This document shows, in pieces, positions 26,587 through 39,520 of a stretch of DNA of 64,000 nt. Position numbers and translations under genes: made by a program. Each line of letters begins with the position of its first letter. Within the stretch, counting starts at the first letter, position 1. This stretch comes from Octopus vulgaris (lineage: Eukaryota), in assembly GCA_951406725.2 (NCBI GenBank), contig OX597824.1, positions 55,614,001-55,678,000 of the forward strand, in the 5' to 3' direction. The notes beneath the pieces were generated by a model, which made no database searches, was not told the DNA's origin, and was given only the letters and a program-made list of their open reading frames with translations.

Positions 26587-27597
26587 ACACCTATATATAT
26601 ACACATATACAGACACGTACATTCATATTTACACATACATAATATATACATATATATATATACGTACATTTACATATATACATACATACGCAGATATATA
26701 TGCGCATATATATATATATAAATATATATACACACACGTACATACGCATACATGTATATACACACGTGTGTGTGTGTATATATATTTATATATATATATA
26801 TATATATATACATACACACACACACACACACACAACATGTACCCATGCCAGCATGGAAGGCTGACAATGATGTTGAAGTATATATATTCATTTATTAGTT
26901 TGTCATTTTGAGTTGGGCCATGGCGGAGTACCGCCTGAAGAGGTTGTGATAGAACACATCGATCCCAGGCTTTTTTTTTAAAGCCTAGTCTCTCGGTCTT
27001 TTTCGCTGAAGCGCTGCTAACTCACGGGACATATTTTTATATGAGAAATAGAACTTCTCTAGCGCTAAGCGATATTAAATATATTTGCTGTAACAAAAGA
27101 GAGAGAGAGAGGAAGAGAAAGAAAGAAGAGAGAACGTATGTGTGTGTGTTTTTATAGCAACACTTCAACTGAAGTGAATCAAGTTAGCAAACCACAATAC
27201 TCCCTTTCTTTCTAATAGCGAGAAACAGGCATATACTAATGAGTTATGAAAATGCTAAGAGTAATTATATATCTACGTACAGATGGTGGGGGTGTGTGTA
27301 GTATTACATAGTTAACTTATGATTTATATTTTTTAAATGATATTTCGTTAGTTAAATCGGAGGACGAGGTATGTTATATCGTCCTATCGGTTCACGAAGT
27401 TCTTTTATTTCAGAGATAGGCAGACAGGTACGCGTACGCACACATTTCTTTCGTTTTTTTTTTTTGTTTTTTTTAAAGAAAACCCGAATGAAGTGTAAGT
27501 AACGTTAATGGAAACAAGTCTTACATCATAATGTAATGGATAGAAAAAAAAATCGGGGATAAAAAGCCTTAGCATTTTTGACATTCCAATCACTCAC

Positions 27598-27761
27598 CAA
27601 CATCAAGAGAAAGTATGTGGAGTGTGTCAGTCAAAAGAAACGTGTCAGGTGAACATTTAGAGGTATCAAGGCCCCTGTGCACCAATCTTCATGCGCATTG
27701 TTCTATTAGTTTTCAAAGCATCTGGTTGATTATTGTCTAGCATTAGTAATTAATTTGTAGA
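27598..27761 (-). other. Candidate 164-nt exon (non-coding or poison)
   Basis: Acceptor ATTTTGCAG and donor TTG/GTGAGT in unique sequence; stops in all three frames. Confidence 0.35.
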
Positions 27762-29963
27762 CTGCAAAATTATACATATACAGATATAGATATACAAAAC
27801 AGTACAGAAGAAACTACTGCTTCAAGGCGGAAAAATAAGTTGAAATAAAATTAGTGATTAAACAGTGTGTATGTGTAGCTATTTTGTTTTATTGAGCATT
27901 AACGTTTACAATGAACTTCCTTACAATAAAGTTTATCTGATTACACTTCAGTATGTTAACTTGATCGAATTTCTTAAACTTTTTAAACACGTACCGCTTT
28001 AAATATTGTACAAGATTAAATGTAAAAACCTTATATAATTGAACGATTGACTTAAATCTGTTGCTGCAATTTACTTGTATTATATATTAAATTTCACTCA
28101 AGGAATTTCAAGAATAATTTCAATGGGTGTGGAGAATCCTGAAGTAGGAGGAGAGCAAAAGAGAGGGAGTAGATATTTTCACTCTTTCTCTTTTCTAGAA
28201 TGAAATGCGAGCAACGAGGGGGGGGTGAGCACTGATTTAACAACATTGGACAGGCTTTCATTACGAGAAAATAAAACAATAAGTAAACTTTAACTATTTA
28301 ATTACGAAGTTCACAACTGCTATTTTAAAAGACGAGAAACGCATTTACGGTTTCCCAAGAGATCTGATGTGAACAACCATTTAAAAACACGAGCACTGAA
28401 GTAGTTTTAAAAAGAGTCCTTTTATATTTCTACTGTGGAAATGCAGAAGGAACATCTTACAAGAGAACAGATTCTTTTATTCCTCTCTTTTATTCTTCTA
28501 TGTTTCAGTCCTAAGGTTATGGCCATGCTGTATTTTAAAAGGAGAGAGTCGTTTTAGAGTCCACAATCAAAGCTGGACCAAGTCAAATTTCTTACTGCGA
28601 CAGTCGAATGTTTACAGGACCAATACAGTTTTATTGATATCCGATTTGAGAGAAGCTGGACAAAGCAAAGGGAAAGAGGAGAAAGAGTGTGATAAAGAGG
28701 AACAGGGTAAGTGATAGAGAGTAAAACAAAAGAGAGAGTGTGAGACATTGACAGGGTACGTGAAAGAGAACAGAGTAAAATGATTAAGAGAGAGGGGGGA
28801 AGATGCTGTGACAGAGATGGAGGGGAACACGGTGTGACGGCGAGATAAAAAGAATGTCGCTAACCTGCAGCAGCAAGTCTGGATGCTACTTTCATTTTGG
28901 TTCAATACAGCTCCAACAAAACAACAGACCTTTCAGAGTGCATGTACTGTAGTATGTACATACACTCCTCACTCTATATACACACTCGGAAAAATGTAAA
29001 TACATCACACGGTAAAAGTATCAAAGCAGAAATTTGGGTGGGAAGAGGGTTAAAAACGCAGAGAGTTTGGCAAGCAACAGGGTGATGACAGTGAGAAGTT
29101 TTAGGGAGACGCCATTTATCACGAGTGAGAAGCAGAAATGAGTAAAAGCAACCAATAAGCAGAAAGATGTACATTACCTATTTAGAGCAAAGGGAGAAAT
29201 AAAACCTGTTGAATTTTTTAAAACCATTTATTAGTACAAGGAGAGACTGCTGTAACCTGATATTTTGCAGTCTAATGTAGACAGAGAGCGATAATGGGTT
29301 TGAAATGTAGTGGTTTGGTGTATTTTACCAATTAGAAATGTTTTGAGTGCCATGTCAAGCTACAATGAACAGGCCTAGGTAAAAGATGACTGCAGAGGTT
29401 GGTGCAAAATTCAAAGTGGATTTATAGTTACAGGGACATTGATGATCTTGAGACTATAACAGATTTCTCAAAAAAAGTGAAGAGGCGAGTGAATGAAAAT
29501 AGCTTTATAAACAGGGTATTGAAACCGAGTCGCGGCTCTAGTTAGATGAGAGCTAACCTCAATTCAACAGCAATTACTGTTTGTTGTTAGAATTAATAGG
29601 GGAACAGGGAGAGATTTCCCGTAGTAATAAATAAACATATAGTTCCTCCGGGAGAAAAACTGTAACAAGAGAGGGTAAACACGCCCAACTGGTTTAGGTA
29701 GGCAGGGTTTGCGTTCACCAAAATTTCACCTGATACATTTTCGCATAACTAAAGCTTTTAATCAAAACCTATAAATAAATCTTAAATAAAGAGCAAAGGC
29801 ATTCTTGAACGATACCAGCTTGTATACAGCAAAGTTAAGGGATACTAAACTAAAATATCAGGCGGATCTCGACAAAAAAGACCATGACAAGCAAGAATTG
29901 CGATAGACTTATTACTTTTTTTATATATTTCTAAACATTCTTTTAAAAAATAAATATACTTAC

Positions 29964-30089
29964 ATTGCTACCGTTAGAACCCGATGCATGTCCATTTTTC
30001 TGTTTGGATATGCCATTACTTGTACCATTTTTGTGAACTGATTTTCTTTCCTGGCTTCTTTCCGCTGTGGTCTCACGAAAGGAAGCCAT
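29964..30089 (-). CDS. Probable first coding exon, 42 codons (MASFRETTAERSQERKSVHKNGTSNGISKQKNGHASGSNGSN)
   Basis: ATCATGG start context, open to donor AAT/GTAAGT (phase 0); unique, more CpG-containing upstream sequence. Confidence 0.6.
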
Positions 30090-30611
30090 GATACCTCAAG
30101 AAGTTCTGATGCATACAACACTACTGTTACTACTATCACTACTGCTTTAAACACTATTATTACTACTACATACAACACTCTACTGTCACTACCACTGTTA
30201 TTACTGCTGCTACTATTAATTGGTCCGTCTCCTCCTACTTCAATGGCGCTCCCATCCCGCTTACTGAAAGTGACAAAGTGGAGGAGGAGGAATACGTACA
30301 AGTTGAATAAAGACGGAGGCGAAGGAGAGGGAGGTTTGACTGATAAACTGACTAAATACGAGAGAAGGAAGAGTTAACTGAGTAAAGCGTATAGAATTGA
30401 AAAGAGAGAAAGAGCTAAGCTTGCGCGAATAAAAAAGACTAAAAGAAATAGAGAGAGAGAGGGGCTAGCATTTAAGGAGAGGGAGGATAAAATAGAATAA
30501 CTGAACGTTCAGAAGGAGAATGAAAATATCGATAGCTGAAACGGCGTAATTTTTTCCCACCTCTATTCCTCTCAATATCACTGTGGTGTGTGGGGGAGGG
30601 CATATTCAACT

Positions 30612-30706
30612 ATGCTTTTTTACTCTTGGCACAAGGCCCGAAATTTGGTGGAAGGGGCCAGTCGATTAGATGGACCCGAGTACGCAACTAGTATTTAATT
30701 TAATCG
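30612..30706 (-). mobile_element. 3' tail half of SINE family C
   Basis: Body motifs (GATT..GACCC.AGT..AACT.GTA.TT) shared with 48806-48998; breaks abruptly at Tx1 sequence. Confidence 0.65.
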
Positions 30707-30952
30707 TTCAGTAATGGTAAAGTTATCAGACTGGTTGCAATTTACGCACCCAACCATACAGGGCAAAGTGATTATTTTCGTGAACTAGAAAACTTTCTTG
30801 GTACTTCGCATTCATTAGTTGTGCTAGGAGACTTTAACACAATTTGCAAAGCGGATGTAGATTGTGTTGGCTCGCGTTCAGATAGAAAAGGTAATAGTGG
30901 CTTCATGGATCTGCTAAGCCGCTTTGAGCTAGCAGATCCTTATAGGCTGGAA
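30707..30952 (+). mobile_element. Tx1/L1 endonuclease fragment (upstream piece)
   Basis: IRLVAIYAPN...VVLGDFN...FELADPYRLE. Confidence 0.85.
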
Positions 30953-31371
30953 TAAGTATACTGGTCAACTGAGTCAATTAACTACATTCATTTTCTAAAG
31001 TAGTAATTTCTAACAAGGCTCTAAGCTGCCTAATATTGGAAAAAAAAGGATATACATCAACTCTAATTAGATTTGAATTCAGAGCATAAATGATTGTAAA
31101 GAAATATTGCAAGTTATTTTGTTTAATACCCCTACCAGTTCTACCATCCCAATACCATACTCATAAGCAGATTGGGACAATAGACAAAAGTATTGTTATA
31201 CCAAGCATCAATAGCAGATTTGTTGAATTTGAATTGATAAGTGGACTACAATGCAATTACTTGACCTTCAAGCAATAGCAACCAAATCTCCCTAAAATCA
31301 CACCCATTTCTCTTAAATAAAGAAGGATATGTTAAGCAAAATAATCTTTGATATACAAAAAGATAAAATGA

Positions 31372-31552
31372 CTATGGCCATACTGAGGCACTGCCTTGAA
31401 GAATTTTAGTTGAACTAATCGACCCCAGTACTAATTCTTTTAAAGTACTGGTACTTATTCTATCAGTCTCTTTTGCTAAAGCACTAAGTTATGGGATCGT
31501 AAACACATCAACACCAGTTGTCAAGTGGTGGTGGGGTCACAGACACAGACAT

Positions 31553-31583
<31 letters not shown>

Positions 31584-31722
31584 GGCTTCCTTCAGTTTCT
31601 GTCTACCGAATCCACTCACAAAGCTTTGGTTGGCTCGAGGCTATAGTAGAAGACACTTGCTCATAGTGTTATGCAGTGGGATTGAACCAGGAACCCTGTG
31701 ATTGGGAGCAAACTTCTTACCA
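31372..31722 (-). mobile_element. SINE family A, diverged
   Basis: Homology to 19021-19411. Confidence 0.85.
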
Positions 31723-32388
31723 TTTGCTTTCTTAGCAATTCATCCTTTAAAATGTACAAACACCACCACACATACACAACTCAGTTCTCCAAGCCATAAC
31801 TGAGGAGTTTAAGACTGGCTGCCCATGGAGACTTCTCTGTATATTAAAGATTTAGTGAAGAAATTCCAAATGTGAAAGGAAAGCCTAGATTTATAGTAAA
31901 TCTAGTAAAGACAACAGCTATGGAAGTATTGTATGTAACTCCTGGTAGTTTTGCTTTGTGTTTTATGTTAAGTGTGTTGGTTGGTTGTATTTAATGTTCT
32001 CTAATGTTGGCGTTTATAATGAAGACAGTGATTTGTAGCTACCTGTTAAATCTGTTGCTGAGGAGCCAGTTTTTTAGGGTTATAGTTGTAAAGTAGATGT
32101 TGTGATGTCATCTGTGTAAGCTTTAGGGAGCTAGAAGTCATGTAGAGAAGAGGATGGACACCCCTGGTACTCCATTCGAAGGAGGGGGCACAATTGCAAG
32201 TTCTGGAAGTACTGTTGTGCAATATTGATAATTTGCTAGTCAGCGTTTTGGGCTGTTCCATAAATAAAATAGTTATTCTTGTGTTAGTGGATTGTGAAGA
32301 ACAAAGTCAAAAGTGTGTTGATAAAGCCGGTGGAAAATTTAAATTTTCTATAATTGAATCCATCATGTACTTTGTGTATGAGGTGCGT

Positions 32389-32504
32389 GAGCAGTGAGCT
32401 GGCAGAAACGTTAGCGCGCCGGGCAAAATTCTTAGCAGTATTTTGTCTGCCATTACATTCTGAGTTCAAATTCCTCCTAGGTCAACTTTGCCTTTCATGC
32501 TTTC
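32389..32504 (+). mobile_element. 5' head half of SINE family C
   Basis: GAGCTGGCAGAAACGTTAGC..CCGGG...CTGAGTTCAAATTCC; matches reverse of 48910-48998. Confidence 0.75.
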
Positions 32505-35500
32505 CGAACGCTCCATTGTGGACATGGTCAAACAGCGACGGATCTTCCAGGTCATATTTAGATAGAATTCTAATTAGAAAAGTAGACAGTAAAATAGCTA
32601 AGTGTCCACAGTTTTATCCGATCAGCTACAGTGATCATAAAATGGTCACTTGTAAGCTTGACATAGATAAGGTTAAAAATAGAGGATCCGGTTACTGGAA
32701 ACTTAATACGTCCCTTTTGGCGATTAAGGAGTACAAAGACCGGATTAGGGATATAATTCAGAGGGCACTATCTGGTACCATCATTAATAACAAATGGTGG
32801 TACGCCCTCAAACGAGCCATCAAGTTTGAGTCAATTAGATATAGCATAGGAGTAGTGGCTAGAGAGGCTAGAAGGGAAACTACTCTAGTTAAGGAATTAG
32901 AGGAAGCCTTGAAAACTGGCTCTGCGGCTCAGGTGGCGTCCAAGAGACTGGTGTTAAACCAGCACCTCGAGGCCAAACACATGGGCTGCATTGTCAGGGC
33001 TAGCATCCGCCATATGGGATGTGAAGGAATCAACGCCGTGAGATGGGCCCAAGTGGTGGAAGCACAGCATGGTAACGATGCCACGATTCGATCTTTGACG
33101 AACCAACAAGGTGAGTTGATAAACGAACCCGAGGAGATGTGTGAGGCCTTTCAGGAGCACTTCGCTCAGCTTTTCGGTGAGTGCGGCGAACTGGATAGGA
33201 GGAGGGCCTTTACGGACCTACTCGACGGGCTGCCGCGCTTATCGGGGCGAGATGCGGAGGGCTGTGAAGGGCCAATCACGCCTGAGGAGGTGGTTGAGGC
33301 AATGGCGGACTGCGGTGCCGGGTTTGGATGGTCTACCCTATGAGTTATATAAGAGTATGCCAGACTTGTTCGGGCACCTACTGGCGGAGGTCTATGCGAA
33401 CAAGCAGCAGAACGGGCTTATACCCAGATCTGTGCGCCAGGGAGTAGTGACACTCGTCAGAAAGGAACCGAGCAAGGGGGAGTGCATTGATAATTTCAGG
33501 CCCATCACTCTGCTAAACACAGAGTTGAAGATTTTGGCCAAAGTGTTATCGAAAAGATTGGCGCGTGTCGCGGATGGTCTGATCGGGGAGGCACAGACAT
33601 GTGCCGTTCCGGGCAGAACCATTCAGGATAATCTCCATCTAATGCGGTACACTATAGAGGGGTTTAATAGTGATTCTGGCAAGGGTGGGGCACTGGTCCA
33701 TTTAGACCAATCTAAAGCATTTGATAGGGTCGACCATCGTTACCTGGTATCTGCTCTGGCACAGTTCGGGCTGAGCCTTGGCTTCCTCAGGTGGATTATC
33801 CAAATTTATGATAACATCGACTCGGTAGTTCGGGTGAACGGCTTCTTGTCGAAGCCGTTCAAAATCAAACGCTCGGTTCGTCAAGGGTGTCCGCTCTCCC
33901 CGCTTTTGTACGTGATGGCTCTAGAGCCATTACTGCGAAAACTGAGCGGCATCCCGAGACAGCCAGGTAATGGAAAATCAGTGTCGGCGTACGCGGATGA
34001 CATCACCATCATCGTAACCGAAATGGACCACCTATGTAAAGTAGGCAAGGCCATAGAGGTTTACGAGACGGTGACAGGAGCAAAAGTTAATCGCGAAAAG
34101 TCAGTTGGCTTGCAACTCGGCACCTGGAGAGGCAAGTCGATGCCTCCTGACAGCGTCGTGGGACGTTGGACGGAGGGTCCGATTAAATTGCTAGGGGTCT
34201 GGTTTCGGTCCAGACCTCCAAATAGAGAAGAATTGGGGCGAGGTAACGAGCAAGGTGGCTGCAGTAGCCAAGACCTGGTCTTGGTGGTGGCTATCCCTGA
34301 AAGGGAGGGCGGAGGTGGCCAATGTGTTTATCGCATCGGTTATCACCTACCGCCTTTCCGTCGTTCCTTGCCCTGATTCGTGGTTGATCAAGTTGGAAAG
34401 ACAGCTCTTCTACTTCTTGTGGAAGGGCGGGAAACCACTTGTGAAACGCTCTACTTGCTGTCAACAACCGTTAAAGGGTGGGCTAGGGATGCCTTGGCTG
34501 ATGATGCGCAGACATGCGCTGAGGTTAAGACATCAGTGGCTCTACCTGAATGGTGAACGGGTGTGGTCTTCGCTAGCAAAACTGATGTTTCCCAAGTTCA
34601 CTAGTTTCGGTGGATGGGAAACCTGGCTGAATCGTAGATCGAAACTTGGTACTTGGTACACGGAGTGTCGCAAGGCTCTCCTACTATTCCGTCGCTCGGG
34701 CAACACCTGCGGTGGGGGTTCCACCACATTCTTCTATAGAGGGTTGGTAGAGGCGGAATGTGAAGATACCTTGGGGGAAACCCTAGGTCTCGACGATAAT
34801 CAGCTGGCCAGTCTGTTCCGACGTACGTTCAAGCCGAGGACACTGGACAACTTCCAGAAGTCTCTGGCATGGCAATGCTACAGAGGAGCTCTACCTGTTC
34901 GGGATAAACTCGCAAGGCACGGTGGCCAAGACAGACCGATATATCCAAGATGCGGGCGGGATAGGGAAACCGTCCCGCACGCTATTGTTCATTGTCCGGA
35001 CGTGTCTGAGGTGTGGGTTTATGCCGAACAGCTGTTGTCAGGTACACGAAGAGTACAGCTGTCGACTGAGTCGATTACAAAAATTGACCCACCGGATTTC
35101 CTCGCGAAAGAAGGTAAGTTTTGTTTACTCGTTGTAGTAGCAATTGCGAAAGAGGTGATATGGAAGACGAGAATGAAAGGTCTACAGTCAGGCAAGTTCA
35201 TCTCTGGCCCTGGTTTGATGAATTATTTCATCTTCACCTGAAAAGGAAGATAGGGCTGGAGAGAATATGCCTGACTAGGAGAGTGTATGAAGAACGATGG
35301 AAAGATGTAGCACGAAAGTTGCAAGTGAAAGATACAACATAAATGTAAACCAAAAGTATCAGTGGGGAGGCGGGGCTCGTGGGGTCTGAGCTAAACCCGC
35401 ACCCACTCCACCCGTAATGTCTGCCGGTCTGTTCCATCATTTGATTTCTGTCTATTTTGTAATTTCATGAAAATTTTAAAATTCGATTTATTGTAAAAAC

Positions 35501-35577
35501 CCATTCGTGTGTCTGACCCCATCATCAGATTGTATTGTCCCATCTATGTTCGCCCCTTGTGGGTAATAATAAAACAA
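32501..35577 (+). mobile_element. Tx1/L1-clade LINE ORF2 (end of endonuclease, RT, C-terminal zinc motif) and 3' UTR; about three frameshifts
   Basis: WTW..SYLDRI, SDHK, GYWKLN, PGLDGLP, FRPITLLN, LDQSKAFD, RQGCPLSP, AYADD, RC..RET..H..VHC. Confidence 0.92.
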
Positions 35578-36068
35578 CATGGAAGAAAGCACCTTCGAAA
35601 AGTGTCTTGGTGCGACTATGAAAGATATCTAATCAGAGGCGGTAAATTCGCCACAATAAAAGCAAGGTTCGAGTCAACAGAGCGTGCAAGGGAGTACTCG
35701 ACTTGAACTTGCAAAGTGGAAATATTTTATTTTTACCTTTATATCTGGGACGTAGGATGTCCCGGAGAAAAATTTAAAATGCCCCCCCCCCCCCTTGGAT
35801 TGTAGCCACACTTCTATACAAGAGGGAGGACAAGATACAATTGATCGAAATTACAAGAGATGGGCTAACAATTCCGGTCTGTTATATATTTTGAGTATTG
35901 TTATCACTAGCGATATCAAGATATAACTTTGTATTTTGTATTTTATGTGTAGATGTATTTATATAGATGTACGTGTAATATGTACACATATATATCCACA
36001 TATATACATGCACTAGCACTATGACCCGGTAACAACGGGTCTTTAATGCTAGTATATATATATATATA

Positions 36069-36320
36069 TCTCATATTATAAAGGGCAGATTTTATCTGCC
36101 TCCCTTTGTCTCTTATAGAAATCTACAATATAGGATTTCTTCAATTACAATTTACCTAGCATTTTTAAGAGTAGAATACATCGGGTCGTGCCAGGTCCAG
36201 TTTTTCAAATTTCAACCCCAATTAAGCAAAATTTAGAGAAAACTCACATTGTGGTGTGTAAGTGAAGTGCTTTTCTTAGTGTGGGTTACAGCACACACAC
36301 ACACGCACACACACACAAAC
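36069..36320 (+). mobile_element. Helitron-like 5' end, duplicated at 37225-37470
   Basis: TC..TATTATAAA..GCAGATTTTATCTGCCTCCC start in both copies; CTAG/hairpin end nearby at 36011-36052. Confidence 0.55.
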
Positions 36321-36702
36321 GGAGCGAACTGCTTCACTGATGCTATCACCCTAATTTCTCCCACTTTCTCTTTGCAAGTGTACCTTAAACCACTACTCAA
36401 AAATAAAACAACACAGCAAACAGAAACAAATAAATACATAACGATTTACTCCTCACACAATTTCTTCAATTAGAGTTTACCTATGATTTTTCAAAGTACT
36501 TCCATTCAGTCATGGCATACAAAATTTCTTTCAATTTCACCCCATTTCAGAAAAAATTCGAGAAAACTAAATATTTTACCATTTCACTCTTTCACTCTGC
36601 ATTCCCACTTCCTCTTTACACACATAGACACGCAAATATATAAATAAAATTGTAAGCTAACGTGTGTGTGTGCGTGTGTGTGAGTGGTGTGTGTGTGAGA
36701 GG

Positions 36703-36742
<40 letters not shown>

Positions 36743-37720
36743 GTGACACGCGAACTTCAAAAGAACTTCGCGCGCTATCTATCTGGTTTGCCATTCCTCA
36801 CACACACACATACACATACATATATGACAGTGACAAACACAAACGTTTCAAACAACTACATACAAACACTCAAACACACACACACACGTGTGTGTTTGTT
36901 ATTAGTAAAAAAGGCGCCAAACACAACTCACTTCTCATTCGAACACATTTGCAAAAACACACCGACGGTCGGATTGCCATAACAATACAGAAAAGGTAAA
37001 TTGGTTTTTAATTTACTTTCTGTCGTTAAATTTTGGTAGTATTAATTGGCGAGCGTACTTCTGTTGTCAATTGTTGACAGAAAGAAATTGTAAGCTAATA
37101 AGGTGTGTGTGTGTGTAGGAAGTGAAGGATAAAAATATTGCAAGAAGTGGACAGATGTACATATATACATCCATACATACATGTGTGTGTGTGTGTATGT
37201 ATGTGTATTAATGTGTGTGTGTTATCTCTTATTATAAAAGGCAGATTTTATCTGCCTCCCTTTGTCAGTTATAGAAATCTACAATATAGGATTTCTTCAA
37301 TTACAATTTACCTAGCATTTTTAAGAGTAGAATGCATCGAGTCATGCCAGGTCCAGTTTTTAAAATTTAAGCTCCAATTAAGCAAAATTTACAGAAAACT
37401 CACATTCTGGTGTGTATGTCAAATGCTTTTCTTAATGTGGTTTACACCACACGCACACGCACACACACAGTGTGCAACGAATAAAATGAAAGTAATTCAC
37501 TGTGTGTGTGTTGACAGGTAGATAATAGAATGCGATGGCGATGGCGATGTAATATTTGTTTCTGTCTATCACGCTGATAGATACATGAGTAAAATGTATG
37601 GCAAGCTAAGAGATAAGAGTGAGTGAAAATGTTCTTGGAAGAGAGTAAATAGCGAGAGTGATTTGAGGAAGACTTTACATTAAATAACCGTAGTGGCTTG
37701 TATATATATATATACATACA

Positions 37721-37984
37721 TAAGACAGTAAGGTGTGATTTGAGGGAGATTTGGCTGCTATTTCTACCAGGTCTAGCTGCCATGAGGGGTCTCCCTCATA
37801 GGCTCATACATACATATATACATAGATAAGACAGTAAGGTGTGATTTGGGGGAAATTTGGCTGCTATTTCTACCAGGTCTAGCTACCATGTAGAGGTCCC
37901 CCTCATTGGCTCATATATATATACATACATAAGACAGTAAGGTGTGATTTGAGGGAGATTTGGCTGCTGTTTCTACCAGGTCTG
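37721..37984 (+). repeat. Three direct copies (third truncated) of a ~105-bp unit separated by TA/CA tracts
   Basis: AAGACAGTAAGGTGTGATTTGAGGGAGATTTGGCTGCT.TTTCTACCAGGTCT x3. Confidence 0.9.
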
Positions 37985-38348
37985 TTAGGCCTTCTCATGT
38001 AAACTCAAGCTTTCTCATGCCTTGAACATAAGACCAAAGCAGAGAATGTATTCTTTTATTCTTCTGCTTTTTCCAGCCATTGGTCTGTGGCCATGCTGGG
38101 GCAATGCCTTGAAGAATTGTAGTTTAATGAATCAACTCCAGTTTTATTTTTGTAAGCATTGTACTTATTCTATCTGTTTCCTTTGTCAAACCACTAGGTG
38201 ACAGGGATGTAAACAAACCAACATTCGTTGTCAAGCAGTGGTGGAGGACAATCACAAGCACAGACACGCACACACACACACATACATGCATACACATATA
38301 CACACATACATACATACATACATATATATATATGTGTGTATATATATA

Positions 38349-38606
38349 TTGCAGCGTGGAAGGTGTTTGTAAGCCATTTAAGAAACACACAAAAACCGTT
38401 AGATTCACTTCAACATTTAAATTTAATTTGCCAAAATATTTTCCTCGCTTTGAGACCGCGACCTGTTCACTGACAAAAATATCGTGCTAACAGGTCGCGG
38501 TCTCAAAGCGACGAAAATATTTTGACAAATTAAATTTAAATGTTGAAGTGAATCTAACGGTTTTTGTGTTTCTTTAAATGGCTTATAAACACCTTCAACG
38601 CTGCAA
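38349..38606. repeat. Inverted repeat (~118-bp arms, 21-bp spacer), Penelope-type terminus
   Basis: 38349-38467 is reverse complement of 38489-38606 with few mismatches. Confidence 0.9.
38427..38477 (-). ncRNA. Hammerhead-like fold with G3-C8 core variant
   Basis: TTTGTCA-GTGAACA-G-GTCGC loop GCGA(G/C)-GAAA ATAT TT-TG(G/A)CAAA. Confidence 0.6.
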
Positions 38607-38768
38607 CTGTTTTCGTTCCAGCACACGATCTCAGATCAAGTCACTTGCTATGCAAGTACATCTCTGTAACTATATATATATTTATATATATATATATATG
38701 TATATTGGTAAAAACAGGAAGATAACAAAAGAAAGAAAGAGACCTCAATATTATGTAAATAGAGGAAA

Positions 38769-39162
38769 TCTTTATATATAAAAGTGAGGTTGTGTGTCTG
38801 TCTCCTACGATTTAGATTCCTAACTACTCCCACATTTTGCGGTGCAGTTTAACCAAAACCGGGTATCTTATAGTCGTGATTCATATTGAGCCCTTCTGGG
38901 TATTAGCGCGTGTCTACGATGAGTCTACGATTTAAAAAAAAATTTACCATCAATTTTTCCCATTTTTAATCCATTTTTGACATATATAAGGGAAGTAACT
39001 CTCTAAAATTTATTATTAAATCTCAGAACGTAAAAAGCTACAGTAACACCCCTCCCCCTTTGTGGTTAGCCATATTGAGATGGCTATTCTACTTTACATC
39101 TCTAAAAATGCTTATATAATTATTTCCCTTACAAACCCGAGCAACACGGGCGATACTGCTAG
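38769..39162 (+). mobile_element. Non-autonomous Helitron
   Basis: TCTTTATATATAAA start; CCCGAGCAACACGGG hairpin + CTAG end. Confidence 0.8.
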
Positions 39163-39520
39163 TCTCTATATAAAGCTGAAGTTGTCTGTGTGCACCACGT
39201 TTAGTAACCTTCAACTAACACTATCTCCTCTGAGACCCTGCGGTGCCAGTTGACCAAAATTGAGAGTATGATAGAAGAAGGGTTGCTCTTCCTTCCGTAG
39301 AACATAAAATTCAAATCGGACCATGTTAACACCAAAAATTATTTACATCAAAAAGCTGCTTTTTTCTATGAAAATCCCTATTTTTTACGATTTTTTCAAT
39401 GCTGTGTCGCCATTTTTCGGTATATTTCGATCAGAAAAATGTTCACAAAATTTTTACTTTTCAAAATTACAATTCCAGCGGGTCGAAACAAACCCAAGCA
39501 ACACCGGGCGATACTGCTAG
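39163..39520 (+). mobile_element. Second non-autonomous Helitron, head-to-tail with the first
   Basis: TCTCTATATAAAG start; same 3' hairpin-CTAG end, different body. Confidence 0.8.

Noticed and set aside
32354-32500. Novel N-terminus of the 329-aa ORF
   Set aside because: SINE head read in frame into the Tx1 fragment
37721-37984. CRISPR-like spaced direct repeats (also 40990-41230, 7790-7940)
   Set aside because: Eukaryotic context, no unique spacers, no cas genes; ordinary tandem duplications
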